DNA from: Minisyncoccota bacterium
GTDB lineage: Bacteria > Patescibacteriota > Minisyncoccia > Phycocordibacterales > UBA9973
DNA: 59,924 nucleotides
Assembly: GCA_017991395.1 (NCBI GenBank)
Contig: JAGOQQ010000002.1
Location: 1-59,924 of the forward strand
Reading direction: 5' to 3'
Below are positions 9,142 to 20,600 of the stretch, piece by piece. The notes below the pieces were generated by a model. That model saw only the letters and a program-made list of their open reading frames with translations, had not been told where the DNA came from and searched no databases. Both the position numbers and the translations under genes were made by a program. Within the stretch, counting starts at the first letter, position 1. Each line of letters begins with the position of its first letter.

Positions 9142-9229
9142 ATGTCTAATTATTTTGGTTAAAGATTACCATATCATATCGTATATGACTACTTTCTCAT
9201 ACAATCCCAAACTGATATACTGGGGCAGT

Positions 9230-9382
9230 ATGAGTAAAAGAAATCTCGTTATATTCTTTCTTGTGCTTGTAAATGCAATACTGTTTGCTTTTGTTTTTAG
9301 TTATGTGGCAAAAGGACTCGTAGATTCAACACAAGAATCATATACTGCACGCGGGATCGACGCGTACTTGGAAGAAAAATAA
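9230..9382 (+). CDS. Small membrane protein immediately upstream of the ABC permease
   Basis: MSKRNLVIFFLVLVNAILFAFVFSYV, one TM. Stops 1 nt before the permease start. An alternative ATG lies at 9185. The longer track ORF from 8996 is antisense to the SDR gene. Confidence 0.45.
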   Translation: MSKRNLVIFFLVLVNAILFAFVFSYVAKGLVDSTQESYTARGIDAYLEEK

Positions 9383-9383
9383 T

Positions 9384-10667
9384 ATGTACAAAAAACATCA
9401 AGAGTCATTTTGGGATAGATTTCACACCGCTATTAAAGTCGGTTCTTTTTTGGCATACCGGGATATTAAGAATGCAAACAAATGGACAACTGCACTTATT
9501 GTATTTGTGATGACACTCACATTTCTCAACCTTATTGTGATTAGCGGAATTCTTGTAGGACTTATTCAAGGATCAGTTGAATCAAATAAAAAGCGATATT
9601 CAGGAGACATAATTATTTCACCACTTCTGACAAAAGAATATGTTGAAAATAGTCAGGAGATTATTTCAATCACAAAAACAATTCCGGGGTATCTTTTGCA
9701 TACATATAGATATGCTCAATCAGGTCGTGTCGAAAGTAATTACAAAGAAACACTTCTTCCAGATGAAAAAATAAATTCTGTGGGTGGCATTGTTGCGGGA
9801 ATTAACCCAGTACTTGAAGACAAAGTCACGGGTCTTTCGGAAGTGTTGATTGAAGGAACATATTTGATGCCGGGAGATACAGACAAAATTCTTATTGGTG
9901 CTGATCTTTTGTACAAATATACTCCAATTGAGTCACCAAGTTTTTCAACATTAAAAAATATTGAAGTTGGGTCACGAGTACGACTGACTGTTGGTTCGAA
10001 TGTAAAAGAGTATTACGTGAAGGGAATAATCAAATCAAAGGCAGGTGATGTGGATCAGCGCATTTTCATGATTGATAGTGAACTTAGAAAACTTGCCGGC
10101 AGAAATGATTTGAATGTTGATGAAATCGCGATTGTACTTAAAGACGATGCGTATATTTCTGTTGCAAAAGATGCACTTGTGCGAAGTGGTGTAGAAAAAT
10201 ATGCGCGCGTGCAAACTGCAGAAGATGCAGAACCAAAATTTCTCCAAGACATCAAGGCGACATTTTCGATTCTCGGAAATGTTATTGGTTCGATTGGACT
10301 TGCGGTGGCGTCAATCACCATTTTTATTGTGATATTCGTAAACGCAATTACGCGAAGACGTTTTATTGGAATCTTGAAGGGAATTGGAATCGATTCACGA
10401 GCGATTATATTCTCATATATTTTGCAATCACTTTTTTATGCACTTCTCGGAGTACTTATCGGTACAATTATAATTTTTGGTTTTCTCAAGCCGTACTTTG
10501 ATGCAAATCCAATCAATTTCCCGTTTTCGGATGGAATTCTGGTCGCGACACCTGTGGGGACATTTATACGCGCGATGATTTTGCTCGTTGCAACACTTAT
10601 CGCAGGATTTATTCCGGCGCGAATCGTGATACGACAAAATACTCTTGATGCAATTTTGGGAAGATAA
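9384..10667 (+). CDS. ABC transporter permease, FtsX/MacB-like
   Basis: 427 aa. N-terminal TM, large extracytoplasmic domain, then a C-terminal 3-TM FtsX-type bundle. Confidence 0.85.
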   Translation: MYKKHQESFWDRFHTAIKVGSFLAYRDIKNANKWTTALIVFVMTLTFLNLIVISGILVGLIQGSVESNKKRYSGDIIISPLLTKEYVENSQEIISITKTIPGYLLHTYRYAQSGRVESNYKETLLPDEKINSVGGIVAGINPVLEDKVTGLSEVLIEGTYLMPGDTDKILIGADLLYKYTPIESPSFSTLKNIEVGSRVRLTVGSNVKEYYVKGIIKSKAGDVDQRIFMIDSELRKLAGRNDLNVDEIAIVLKDDAYISVAKDALVRSGVEKYARVQTAEDAEPKFLQDIKATFSILGNVIGSIGLAVASITIFIVIFVNAITRRRFIGILKGIGIDSRAIIFSYILQSLFYALLGVLIGTIIIFGFLKPYFDANPINFPFSDGILVATPVGTFIRAMILLVATLIAGFIPARIVIRQNTLDAILGR

Positions 10668-10672
10668 ACTAT

Positions 10673-11353
10673 ATGATTAACGCAAAAAACATTGTTAAAA
10701 AATTTAAAAGTGGATCAGGTGAAATCACTGCGCTTGCGGGGATTGATTTTGCCGTCGCCGAAGGAGAGTTTGTGTCAATCACTGGACGTTCTGGTTCGGG
10801 CAAATCGACATTGCTCTATCAGCTTTCACTTCTTGATCATCCAACCGATGGCGAGATAGTCATTGATGGCGTGGAGGTCATGGGCTTATCAAGCGAAGAC
10901 AGAACTGAGTTTCGTCTTCATGAGCTCGGATATGTGTTTCAAGATTATGCAATTTTGCCGGCACTGACCGCAAAAGAAAATGTGATGCTCCCGCTTTTGA
11001 TGCAAGGTAAATCAAGTCAGTATTCAAAAGAAAAAGCGGAGATTGCGTTGATCAAAGTTGGTCTTGGTGACCGAATGGAAAATTATCCTTCACAACTCTC
11101 GGGTGGTCAGCAACAGCGTGTCGCTATTGCTCGTGCTATTGCTCATTCGCCAAAGATAATTTTCGCCGACGAACCTACTGCAAACCTCGATAGTGAGACG
11201 TCCCAAACAGTGCTCGATACATTTTTGGACTTACACAAGGAAGGGCAGACAATCGTCATGGTGACTCACGAGTCTGAGTATGCTGCACTTACCGACAGGA
11301 CAATTGTGTTGTCAGACGGAAAAATAATTAAAGACGAGAGAAATAAAAAATAA
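10673..11353 (+). CDS. ABC transporter ATP-binding protein (MacB/LolD-like)
   Basis: Walker A GRSGSGKST, signature LSGGQQQRVAIARA, Walker B IIFADEPT, and H-loop VTHE. Confidence 0.95.
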   Translation: MINAKNIVKKFKSGSGEITALAGIDFAVAEGEFVSITGRSGSGKSTLLYQLSLLDHPTDGEIVIDGVEVMGLSSEDRTEFRLHELGYVFQDYAILPALTAKENVMLPLLMQGKSSQYSKEKAEIALIKVGLGDRMENYPSQLSGGQQQRVAIARAIAHSPKIIFADEPTANLDSETSQTVLDTFLDLHKEGQTIVMVTHESEYAALTDRTIVLSDGKIIKDERNKK

Positions 11354-11375
11354 CACCGCGAGGTGTTATTTTTAT
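11351..11375 (+). terminator. Intrinsic terminator
   Basis: taacacc-gcga-ggtgtta followed by ttttt. Confidence 0.75.
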
Positions 11376-11527
11376 AAACCGAAAAGTTCACTGAGCATTG
11401 TCGACCATTGTTTGTTTAAGTAGGTTACTACTAAAAATGATGGAATAAAAATCAGCGCAAACGGTACAAATAAAATATATTTAAAAAATTTTTCCATAGG
11501 GGTATGAGTTTCCATTCGTAAGAAGTA

Positions 11528-12085
11528 ATGTGGTACGATATAAGCATGGCAGCCAAAAAAACTACACTTAAAGGTATCATTTTTGTCCTTGTGCTCATCG
11601 TACTTGCGATGGGATATAGTATGTATACCACATCGAGCAAAAACTCAAAAGAGACTTATACGCGAGTAGATTCTGTTGAAGAAAATACGACACCTGCATC
11701 TCCTGATACTGACACTACACCAAACCCACCTCAAAAAATGGAGGAAGCGTTTATTGAAGAGGAAACTACACCTGTGGTCGCCGAAGACTCATGCGAAAAG
11801 GATTTGATTGCAAAACTCAAGGCCGACAAAACTGAATACGAAAAAGGAAGAATACTTGTAGGTTTCAAGCAGGGAATCTCGTTTTCGGGCGCGCAATCAA
11901 TACTCAAAAAATACGATCTCGTACCAGTACTTGCCGGTGTGGACGAAGATTCATACAATTCGATGCGACTGCTCACCGTCAATGTGCCAACCGGACGTGA
12001 ACCATATTTTGTGTGTTACTTGAAAAGTAATTCTTCGATTCGATACACAAACGTCAACGTGCTACTTTTCACAAAGCCAATCTAG
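11528..12085 (+). CDS. Hypothetical membrane-anchored protein
   Basis: 185-aa ORF. TM segment IIFVLVLIVLAMG, then a Thr/Pro/Glu-rich linker and a ~90-aa globular C-terminus. An alternative ATG lies at 11546. Confidence 0.6.
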   Translation: MWYDISMAAKKTTLKGIIFVLVLIVLAMGYSMYTTSSKNSKETYTRVDSVEENTTPASPDTDTTPNPPQKMEEAFIEEETTPVVAEDSCEKDLIAKLKADKTEYEKGRILVGFKQGISFSGAQSILKKYDLVPVLAGVDEDSYNSMRLLTVNVPTGREPYFVCYLKSNSSIRYTNVNVLLFTKPI

Positions 12086-12142
12086 CAATAGAGAAGACTT
12101 TTCTAGCTTCTCTTTGCACTCTGTGATACTGTAGTCTACATA

Positions 12143-13048
12143 ATGCCAAATACTGATATACACAAAAATCAAAAACCACTTCAAGAAGTTCTCGTACCGC
12201 AAAAAGAGTATGAGCTTTTGGATTCAGGAAATGGCCGTAAGCTTGAGCGGTTTGGTGATGTAGTGTTGTCACGACCTGATCCGCAGGCACTGTGGACTCC
12301 GAGTATGAGTGAAGAAAAATGGAACGAAGCAGATGCGTACTTTGTGCGAAAAGGGAATTCGACAGAATGGAAATTGAACAATACACACATGCCAGAGGAA
12401 TGGACGGTCAACCTTGGAGATATTTCATTTTGGATAAAACCAACTTCATTCAAACACACGGGCGTGTTTCCAGAACAACTTTCAAACTGGAAATGGATGA
12501 GTGAAGTAATTTCAAATTCGAAAACGAAAGAAATAAAAGTACTCAATCTTTTTGGGTACACTGGTGGTGCAAGTATGGCGTGTGCCAAAGCTGGTGCTCA
12601 TGTAACTCATGTTGATGGATCAAAGGCTTCTGTTGGTTGGGCGAAAGATAACGCAAAACTTTCAGGACTTGAAGATGCGCCGATTCGATTTCTTATTGAT
12701 GATGCGCGTGCGTTTGTGGCACGCGAGATTCGACGTGGAAATACCTATCATGGAATTGTGATGGATCCGCCGTCGTTTGGCTATGGACCAAAAGATGAAC
12801 CATGGAAAATTGAAGAACACTTGCGAGAGCTTTTGGAACTTGTTTCTAGTGTGTTGGACAAAGATGCATTGTTTGTAGTGCTCAATGGATACGCATCGGG
12901 TTTCTCGTCGATTTCATATTTGAATATGCTTGTGCCAGTCGTGCAAGGGAAGAAGGGAGTATTTGAGCGCGGTGAGCTTGCTATCGAGGCGTCATCTGAC
13001 GGAAGACTGCTTCCTGCGGGAATTTTTGCTCGGTGGAAGAGTAAGTAG
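12143..13048 (+). CDS. Class I SAM-dependent methyltransferase, RlmI/RlmK-like
   Basis: LNLFGYTGGASMACAKAG (motif I), HVDGSK, and IVMDPPSFG (the DPP motif typical of rRNA m5C/m2G methyltransferases). Confidence 0.8.
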   Translation: MPNTDIHKNQKPLQEVLVPQKEYELLDSGNGRKLERFGDVVLSRPDPQALWTPSMSEEKWNEADAYFVRKGNSTEWKLNNTHMPEEWTVNLGDISFWIKPTSFKHTGVFPEQLSNWKWMSEVISNSKTKEIKVLNLFGYTGGASMACAKAGAHVTHVDGSKASVGWAKDNAKLSGLEDAPIRFLIDDARAFVAREIRRGNTYHGIVMDPPSFGYGPKDEPWKIEEHLRELLELVSSVLDKDALFVVLNGYASGFSSISYLNMLVPVVQGKKGVFERGELAIEASSDGRLLPAGIFARWKSK

Positions 13049-13057
13049 CTTTATTTC

Positions 13058-13090
13058 AAAAAGCCTACCCGTAAAGGGTGGGCTTTTTTG
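13058..13090 (+). terminator. Intrinsic terminator
   Basis: aaaaagcctaccc-gtaa-agggtgggc followed by tttttt. Confidence 0.7.
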
Positions 13091-13237
13091 TTTGGGAAAT
13101 AGGAATTTGACTATTTTGGAGGATTTTGTCAAAAAATGTTGGTATTTAAGGGTTTTCTGGGATTAATATATGGCGTCCTATAGACTATTGACAAATTAGA
13201 TATAATATGCTATTATATATATAAACATAGATAAGAC

Positions 13238-13375
13238 ATGAAAAACACAACACACACATCTGCAGCTAATGCACAGGAAATTACCATCAATCCGAACCTA
13301 GTTTACTTGGTTCTTGGAATAATCGGAATTGTTTCTTTAGCATTTATGACTGCATTTGGAAACAATCTTGGTTAA
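13238..13375 (+). CDS. Small (45 aa) hydrophobic protein; not in the ORF track
   Basis: Hand translation gives MKNTTHTSAANAQEITINPNLVYLVLGIIGIVSLAFMTAFGNNLG. A TTGACA promoter-like box lies about 45 nt upstream, and a terminator follows at 13397-13430. Confidence 0.4.
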   Translation: MKNTTHTSAANAQEITINPNLVYLVLGIIGIVSLAFMTAFGNNLG

Positions 13376-13396
13376 AATGTGAAGTTGGAAGGTGAT

Positions 13397-13430
13397 ACAC
13401 CGTACGAGTAAAATCGTGCGGTGTTTTTTT
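13397..13430. terminator. Bidirectional intrinsic terminator
   Basis: acaccgtacga-gtaaaa-tcgtgcggtgt followed by ttttttt. Confidence 0.75.
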
Positions 13431-14529
13431 ATTTTATTTTTATAACCACGATTTCAGGAGTTGTTCCGATTCGGACAGGAGACATTGCAGTACCTGCACC
13501 ACATGTGGTGATATGAAAGTTACCATTTTTTTCTACCACACCGTGCGTGTATTCTTTGTACATACTTTTAACAATCGCACTCACTGGCCAAAATTGTCCA
13601 CAATGCGTGTGTCCTGATACCGTGAGAGTGACACCAGTGTCTTGTAAAAAGTGTGAATTTTTTGGATCATGAAGCATTACAATACTAGGCATATCATCTG
13701 TAAACCCCGAGAGTTTGAGTCGAGCAAGGAATTGTTCTTCTGTTTCTTGCGCTCGGTAATCCAGTCCGACAATGTGTGTGTTGTTGATATCAAGAGTTTT
13801 GTCGATGAGTACGGTAGTCACATTTGAGATTGCAGAATAAAATTTTTGTTGGTCATTGCTATAACCTTCGTGATTTCCAGGTGTAAACACCACGCCAAAT
13901 GTTGAATTGATATCGCCAAGTGGCGCCAAGCCTTTTTCATAAGGAAATACTGGTCCATCAATAATATCTCCTGGCAAAAGTACAAGATCTGCTTTCTGTT
14001 GATTTATAAGTCGAACGACTTTCGACATAAATTTTTCTCGCCACACGACACCAAGATGTGTATCAGCGACAAGCACGATTGTTTTACCACTCCAGTCTTT
14101 TGCAAGCTTTGCTGAATCGATTTCGTAGGTGATTATTTGTGGATTTCGTGCATTCCACAACCCATATCCAATAAGTGCAGTCACAACAATAAACATTCCG
14201 AGCGCGATTTCTTTGACAGGGATACCAAGTGAAAATTTGATCGACACAAAGTAGAGTATTCCCACAATTACTGATGCGATAAAAAGATACAACAAGTAGG
14301 GAAGCCATACTGCCCCCGGTACATAGAAGTATTGCGTGACAGGGCTCCACTGTGAGCGTCCGAGTGCCATTGTGAGTACAAGAAACAATGGTAAAAGTAT
14401 CATGAGTACACCCGCAACGAGCGCGCCGGTGCCTTTGAGTAGTCCTACAGTTTGACCAACGCGAAATACCACATACGACGTGAGCCCAATCATTCCTAAA
14501 AAGCTTCCGACAAATACAACTATGTTCAT
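13429..14529 (-). CDS. Membrane-anchored metallophosphoesterase (YkuE-like)
   Basis: About four N-terminal TM helices, then the calcineurin-like motifs ADTHLG, GDIIDG, GNHE and GHTHCGQ. Confidence 0.9.
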   Translation of the reverse strand: MNIVVFVGSFLGMIGLTSYVVFRVGQTVGLLKGTGALVAGVLMILLPLFLVLTMALGRSQWSPVTQYFYVPGAVWLPYLLYLFIASVIVGILYFVSIKFSLGIPVKEIALGMFIVVTALIGYGLWNARNPQIITYEIDSAKLAKDWSGKTIVLVADTHLGVVWREKFMSKVVRLINQQKADLVLLPGDIIDGPVFPYEKGLAPLGDINSTFGVVFTPGNHEGYSNDQQKFYSAISNVTTVLIDKTLDINNTHIVGLDYRAQETEEQFLARLKLSGFTDDMPSIVMLHDPKNSHFLQDTGVTLTVSGHTHCGQFWPVSAIVKSMYKEYTHGVVEKNGNFHITTCGAGTAMSPVRIGTTPEIVVIKIK

Positions 14530-14677
14530 GGTGTCACTATATCATTTTTAAAATAAATAATTCAATTTGAATATCAACTCCGCATGTCATCTGCGTTATT
14601 TTTTGCAATTTATCCGCTTGCCCAATCCCCACTATTTCTTTTGATACTTTTGATTAATTTCGTACAATAATAGTGTA

Positions 14678-17600
14678 ATGCAATTACTTAAAAAATATTT
14701 GAAAATGAAACTGGTAGGATCACTGCTCGCGCTTTTTGTGGTTACTTGTATATTTCATTTTGGAATACTTTTAGCAGCTTACAGTTCTTCAGATGTGATT
14801 GGACAGACTGACGGAAGTGGAGGAGCTGATTATGTGGGAGGAACAAGAAATGATGGAATTGTTACTAATTCAAATTTCGGAATGGTGAATCCGGGAGGTG
14901 TTGCATTTGATCCAACAGGGCAAAAAATATTTATTGTTGATAGTGCCACACATCGTATTTTGGTGTTTAATACAGACGTTGGAGGTAACCCTCTTGATCA
15001 CTATGCCGATGCAGTTCTAGGACAGCAGGATTTTTATGGATTCGCCAGTGGTACTACTGCAGCAACTCTCAATACACCTGAAGATGTTGAATTTGACTCT
15101 GTGAGAAATTATTTGTATGTATCTGATTCCGGCAACAATCGTGTACTTGTATTTGATGTGGCTACAGTTACTACGGGTGAATCAGCTGTTAAGGTGCTCG
15201 GGCAGCCAGATTTGGTTAGTAATGATTTTAATACCACTGCTGACGGAATGGGAAATCCAAACGGTATAGATTTTTTTAATTCAACTACTGACTCATTGTT
15301 TGTGGCTGATTATGATAATAGTCGAGTTCTCATGTACTCACTTGGAACAGATGCGAGCGGTGTCACTACGGGTGAGTCAGCAACTCGAGTGTTAGGGCAA
15401 GCTGATCTAATATCATCTACTGGAACACTGACAGCTACGGGACTATATGCACCTGCCGATGTGGTGGCGTTCAATGATACAGAAAAAAATTACCTAGTAG
15501 TTGCTGATAGTGGTAATAATCGCGTTGTTGTGTACGATATTGACTCAGTCTCAAATGGTGAAGCCGGAATCCTCTTTCTAGGTCAAGAAGATGCTACGAG
15601 TTTTAATATTGATTGTGCGTTTGGTGCCAGTTCGTTTTGTATTCCTGTGTCAGTGGATATTCAAATAAAAGGCCCAACATACACACTGTGGGTGTCTGAT
15701 TCTAATCACTATAGAGTTGTTGGTTTTACGGTCAAGCCCATGCCAGAAGGACTTGAGATTGAGCGCGTGTTTGGACACACAGATATTACAGGAGAAACAC
15801 CAGGAAACACTTATTTTACAAGCACTCCTACCTATTTAAATTATTTTACCCTTACGGACTCTCTTTTTGTAAGTGGTGACAACGATCATCGTGTTGTGGT
15901 TTTTGATGCGAGTTCTGCGTGGAGTGGGGTATCTGCTGAGGATGTATTTGGACAAATCACTGATGGGAATGTTGATCTCGAAACAGTTGAAAATTATTTT
16001 CCATTTAATAATCAAATTTCAAGTACAGGTTTAGACATTATTGGTAATTCTTCACATACATATGTCGACACCGTCAATCACAAAATGTATGTTTCGGATT
16101 CGGCCAACAATCGCGTATTGGTATATAATCTTTCAAGTTCAAATATTCCACTAGACAGGACTGCAGACAATGTTCTTGGGCAGTGTGATTTTAATTCAAA
16201 TGCACCATCTGATACGGGAGCACAATACTTTGATCGCCCAACAGGTCTTGCAATGTACGACTCAGGAGCTACGCAAATGTTGTTTGTTTCGGATACTGGC
16301 AACAACCGTATTTTAGTGTTTAATGTCACATCCATTACCGATTGTGAGTCCGCAGTAAATGTGCTCGGTCAAATAAATTTCACATCAAGCACACCAAGAC
16401 TTGATGATATGGGATTTACTAGTCCAGAAGGATTGGATGTAGCAATTAAAGGTTCAGAAGTATATTTGTTTGTCTCAGACACTGGAAGCAATCGCGTGCT
16501 TGCATACAATGTTAAAACCGTCACTGATGGAGAAACTGCTGTTGCCGTAATTGGACAACCTGATTTTGTTACGAGTTCAGCTGGTACAACCATACAAAAA
16601 CTAAACTCACCAAGTGATGTCGACGCATATCTTGATTCTGAAAGCATGCTCTCACTTGTAGTGTCTGACACAGGAAATAGTCGAGTGCTTAAATATGACT
16701 TTCCGGGAGGATCCCCTGTGACAAATGAAATTGCTCGTAATGTTCTCGGGCAAACAAACTTTACAACTGGTGCACCACTAAGTACGCCGAGTGTGACAAG
16801 CTCAAATTTTGGCCAATCTGGCCCAGGAGGACTTGAGCTCAATACCAACAATAGTATTTTGTATGTTGCTGATCCAGAACAAAACAGAGTGTTGGGTTTT
16901 GATATTTCTACTCTAACTGATGGTGAGGCAGCAGTGTCAGTATTTGGTCAGGACGCATTTACTACTTCGACTGCTAGTACAACAATTAGTACGTTTGACT
17001 CACCTGTGGGTGTGTCAGTAGATACAACAAACAACAAACTTTATGTAACAGATAGTAACAATAACCGTGTTCTTATATATAGCTTGCCGTTTGTAACAAA
17101 TGTTTCAATGGCGAGAGTGGTCTGGGCAAATACCACTGCAACATACCAGGGTACACTCTCAGCAGTATTTGGTACAGGTGTATATCCTCCTGGATATAAA
17201 GAGTCATCAACTGTTCCGCAATTTTCTGGATTTGTTACATTGAATGGTTCATATTCAATAGTCACACAAGTACTCGACACGCTCGGAGGTGTTGCAGGAA
17301 ATTTTTATGCAAACAAACTCACACTTTCAAGTTCAATTTCTACTCCAACGGAAATCGCATCAGTAGGACAAACGGCTGCATTTACATCGCGGGTAGATTT
17401 TGGAGGATACACTGGAGCCACAAACTCTGTTGCAATCGGATACCCAGAAGCGATTGAGCTTGATACTACCAATAATCGTTTGTTTGTTGCTGATACATAC
17501 AACAATCGCATTATGGTGTTTAATCTTAATTCTGGAACTGGAAAAATAGATAATTACACACCTGATTATTATTTGGGTCAGTCAAATTCTTCAAATACTT

Positions 17601-20600
17601 CTGCCGCAACAACACAAGCTGGTTTGGATCGCCCGACAGCCATGGTGTTTGATTCGGGAACAAATCTTCTTTATGTTGCAGATTCTGGAAATCATCGTGT
17701 CGTTGTCTACAACACTGCATCACTTGCAACAGGAATGAGTGCGTCTTATGTGCTTGGACAAGCTACGTATACCGCAAGTGCTGTTGCAACAACACAATCA
17801 GGAATGAGATTCCCACAAGGGCTCGAGCTTGATACAGTAGGAGATAAATTGTTTGTATCCGATACTGGAAACAACCGTGTACTTGTATATGATGTTGCGT
17901 CAATCACAAATGGTGAGAATGCTCAAAATGTATTAGGACAAGCGTCGTTTGTTGCTCGAGTGTACGCAATCGCTGATTCAAACGATATGGCTTCGCCAAC
18001 AGAGCTTGAATTTGATCAAACCAATAAATTGCTCTATGTGTTGAACGAAGTGAATTCGGGAAATTCGGGACGAATTCTTCGATACGATACAAACTCAATT
18101 TCAGATAATGAAAACGCAACTCAACTAATCAGTGATGATTCAAATCTATATGGAATTCACGGATTGGGTCTTGATACAGATACAGAGACACTATATTTTT
18201 CAGTAAACGATCCACTAAGTGGTGCAAGCGGGCAAGATGTCGTGCACACGCTTGACCTTGCGTCTCTCACTGGTTCAGCTGAAGAAATAACACCAATTTC
18301 TCTTATTGGGGATACCATTGTTTCGATTATGGATGGCGATGTTGATGACAGAACATCGAGTCGTATGTTTGAACCTCGTGATATGGTAGTCAATTCAAAC
18401 ACGCGAGAATTGTATGTACTTGATTCTGGAAACAAACGTGTAATGGTGTTTGACCTTGTCGATCTGACGACAGCATCATTTTCAGCAGGAACAGAAGGGG
18501 TCGCATATTCTCAAAACCTTGCATCAACAAACAATCAAAACAACTTAGTATATCGTGGAGAAAATGTCGCTTTTGCTGCGTCTGATGCAACACAAGATTC
18601 TGATTTACCGCCAGGACTCACTCTTTCATCTGCCGGAGTATTGTCTGGAACACCAACAACAGCTGGAACATATACATTTACTGTTCGTGCATATGATACA
18701 AGTGGATCACTCGTTGCTGGTAATGTGTGGCCACTTTTGTGGGATAAAGAAACATATTCATTGACCATCAACGCAGATGCAGGACCAGATGCAGAGTGTA
18801 GTGATGGCATGGACAACGATGGAAATGGTCTCATTGACTACCCAGCAGATACTGGATGTGATAATGCAAATGATGACAGCGAAACAACCACCACAGGTGG
18901 AGGATCACCATCTGCATGTAATGATGATCTCGACAACGACGGAGATGGACTTGTGGATTTTCCCGCAGACACGAATTGCGAAAATATAAATGATGACAGT
19001 GAAGCACCAGAATGTAGTGACAGTGAAGACAACGACGGAGATGGACTTGTGGACATGTCGGATTCTGGATGTGCAAACGCAAATGACGACGATGAGGAGA
19101 ACAATGAAGCACCAGAGTGTAGTGATGGCATGGACAACGATGGTGATGAATTCACCGATTTCGGAGCAGATGATGGATGTACAAATGCCGATGATGATTC
19201 AGAATTTAGTATTGTGGTCACTCAATGTAATGACGGTATCAACAATAATGATGGTGATATATTCATTGATTACCCCGACGATATAGGGTGTGAAAATCTA
19301 AGTGATAATGACGAAAGAGATTATGCATGTAGTGATGGTAAGGACAACGACAATGATGGGCTCATTGATTATGGATTTGATCTTGGATGTTACGGACCAA
19401 CTGATCCAAGTGAGACAAACGTAATCATCGTCACGCCACCTGATGATCCTGAACCACCCGATGATCCAGTAGATGATGGTGGAGGCGGGGGAGGTATTGA
19501 TACAGAAGAGCCAGGGGACGAGGAGCCACCAGTTGATGTCGAACCGCCAGTAGAAGACGAAGAACCAGAGGATGACCCAGTTGTGTTGTCTGAAGGTGGT
19601 GGGTGTTTTAGAGAAATCACTACAATCACACCGCTTGGTGAAGTAATTGTAATTCAAGTGGAAGGAACTCTTTGTGAAGTAGAGAATATTATCGATGAGA
19701 CCACACGATATATCCAAAGTGTACTAAACAATCCATCCGGTAATTTCTTGGCGAAAATTATTGCAGTTGTGGGTCTAGTAATGGGTGCAATATTCACCGC
19801 TGTACCATACTTGTTCCTCACGCCGTTCTCGTTCTCAGAAGTTGCACTTCTTCCATATAGACTCTGGTCAATCTTGATGAGTATATTTGGACTCAAAAAA
19901 CAGGTACGTCCATGGGGTACGGTGTATGACTCAATCACGAAACAGCCTCTTGATCCTGCAATTGTAGAACTTCTTGATTTGGAAGGTAGACCAGTGGCGA
20001 CATCAACCACAGACATTGATGGAAGATATGGATTCCTCGTTGGTCCAGGTAAGTATCGCTTGCTTCCAAAAAAATCTCATTACGCGTTCCCATCACTTAA
20101 GTTGATTGGTAAAACACGAGATGAGTTGTATCTAGATTTGTATTTCGGATATGTATTTGAAATCACAAAAGAAGGAGAAGTGATTACAAAAAACATTCCT
20201 ATGGACCCTGAAAATTTTGACTGGAATGAGTTTGCAAAAAATGATCAAAAGAAAATGAGATTTTTCTCAAAGAGAGATTTCATTATTAGTCAGATTGCCG
20301 ACTTCTTGTTCTCAGTAGGATTCGTTGTTGCAGTAATCGCAATTATTTCTGCGCCAACAATCTACAACATTATTATTTTCTTGCTCTATGTAATCACTCT
20401 TATCTTGAAAGAGATGGGATTGAAGAGCTCATCGTTTGGAAGTGTCAAAGATGCTGATGGAAATCCACTTTCATTTGCCATCTTGAGAGTGAAGCTCACA
20501 GATGGAACAGAAATTTCACACAAGGTTACCAATGCGACAGGACGATTTTATTGTCTGATGCAAAATGGAACATATGTTGTGTCGATTGAGAGAAAAAATC

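Noticed and set aside
8996-9184. 5' part of the 128-aa plus-strand ORF
   Set aside because: It is antisense to the well-supported SDR gene (8290-9141). Only the part downstream of 9185/9230 is intergenic and encodes a plausible TM peptide.
16078-20016. Numerous 60-160-aa antisense or out-of-frame ORFs inside the giant gene
   Set aside because: All are embedded in a 6-kb ORF with clear repeated protein motifs. Their sequences are low-complexity mirror images of the sense repeats.
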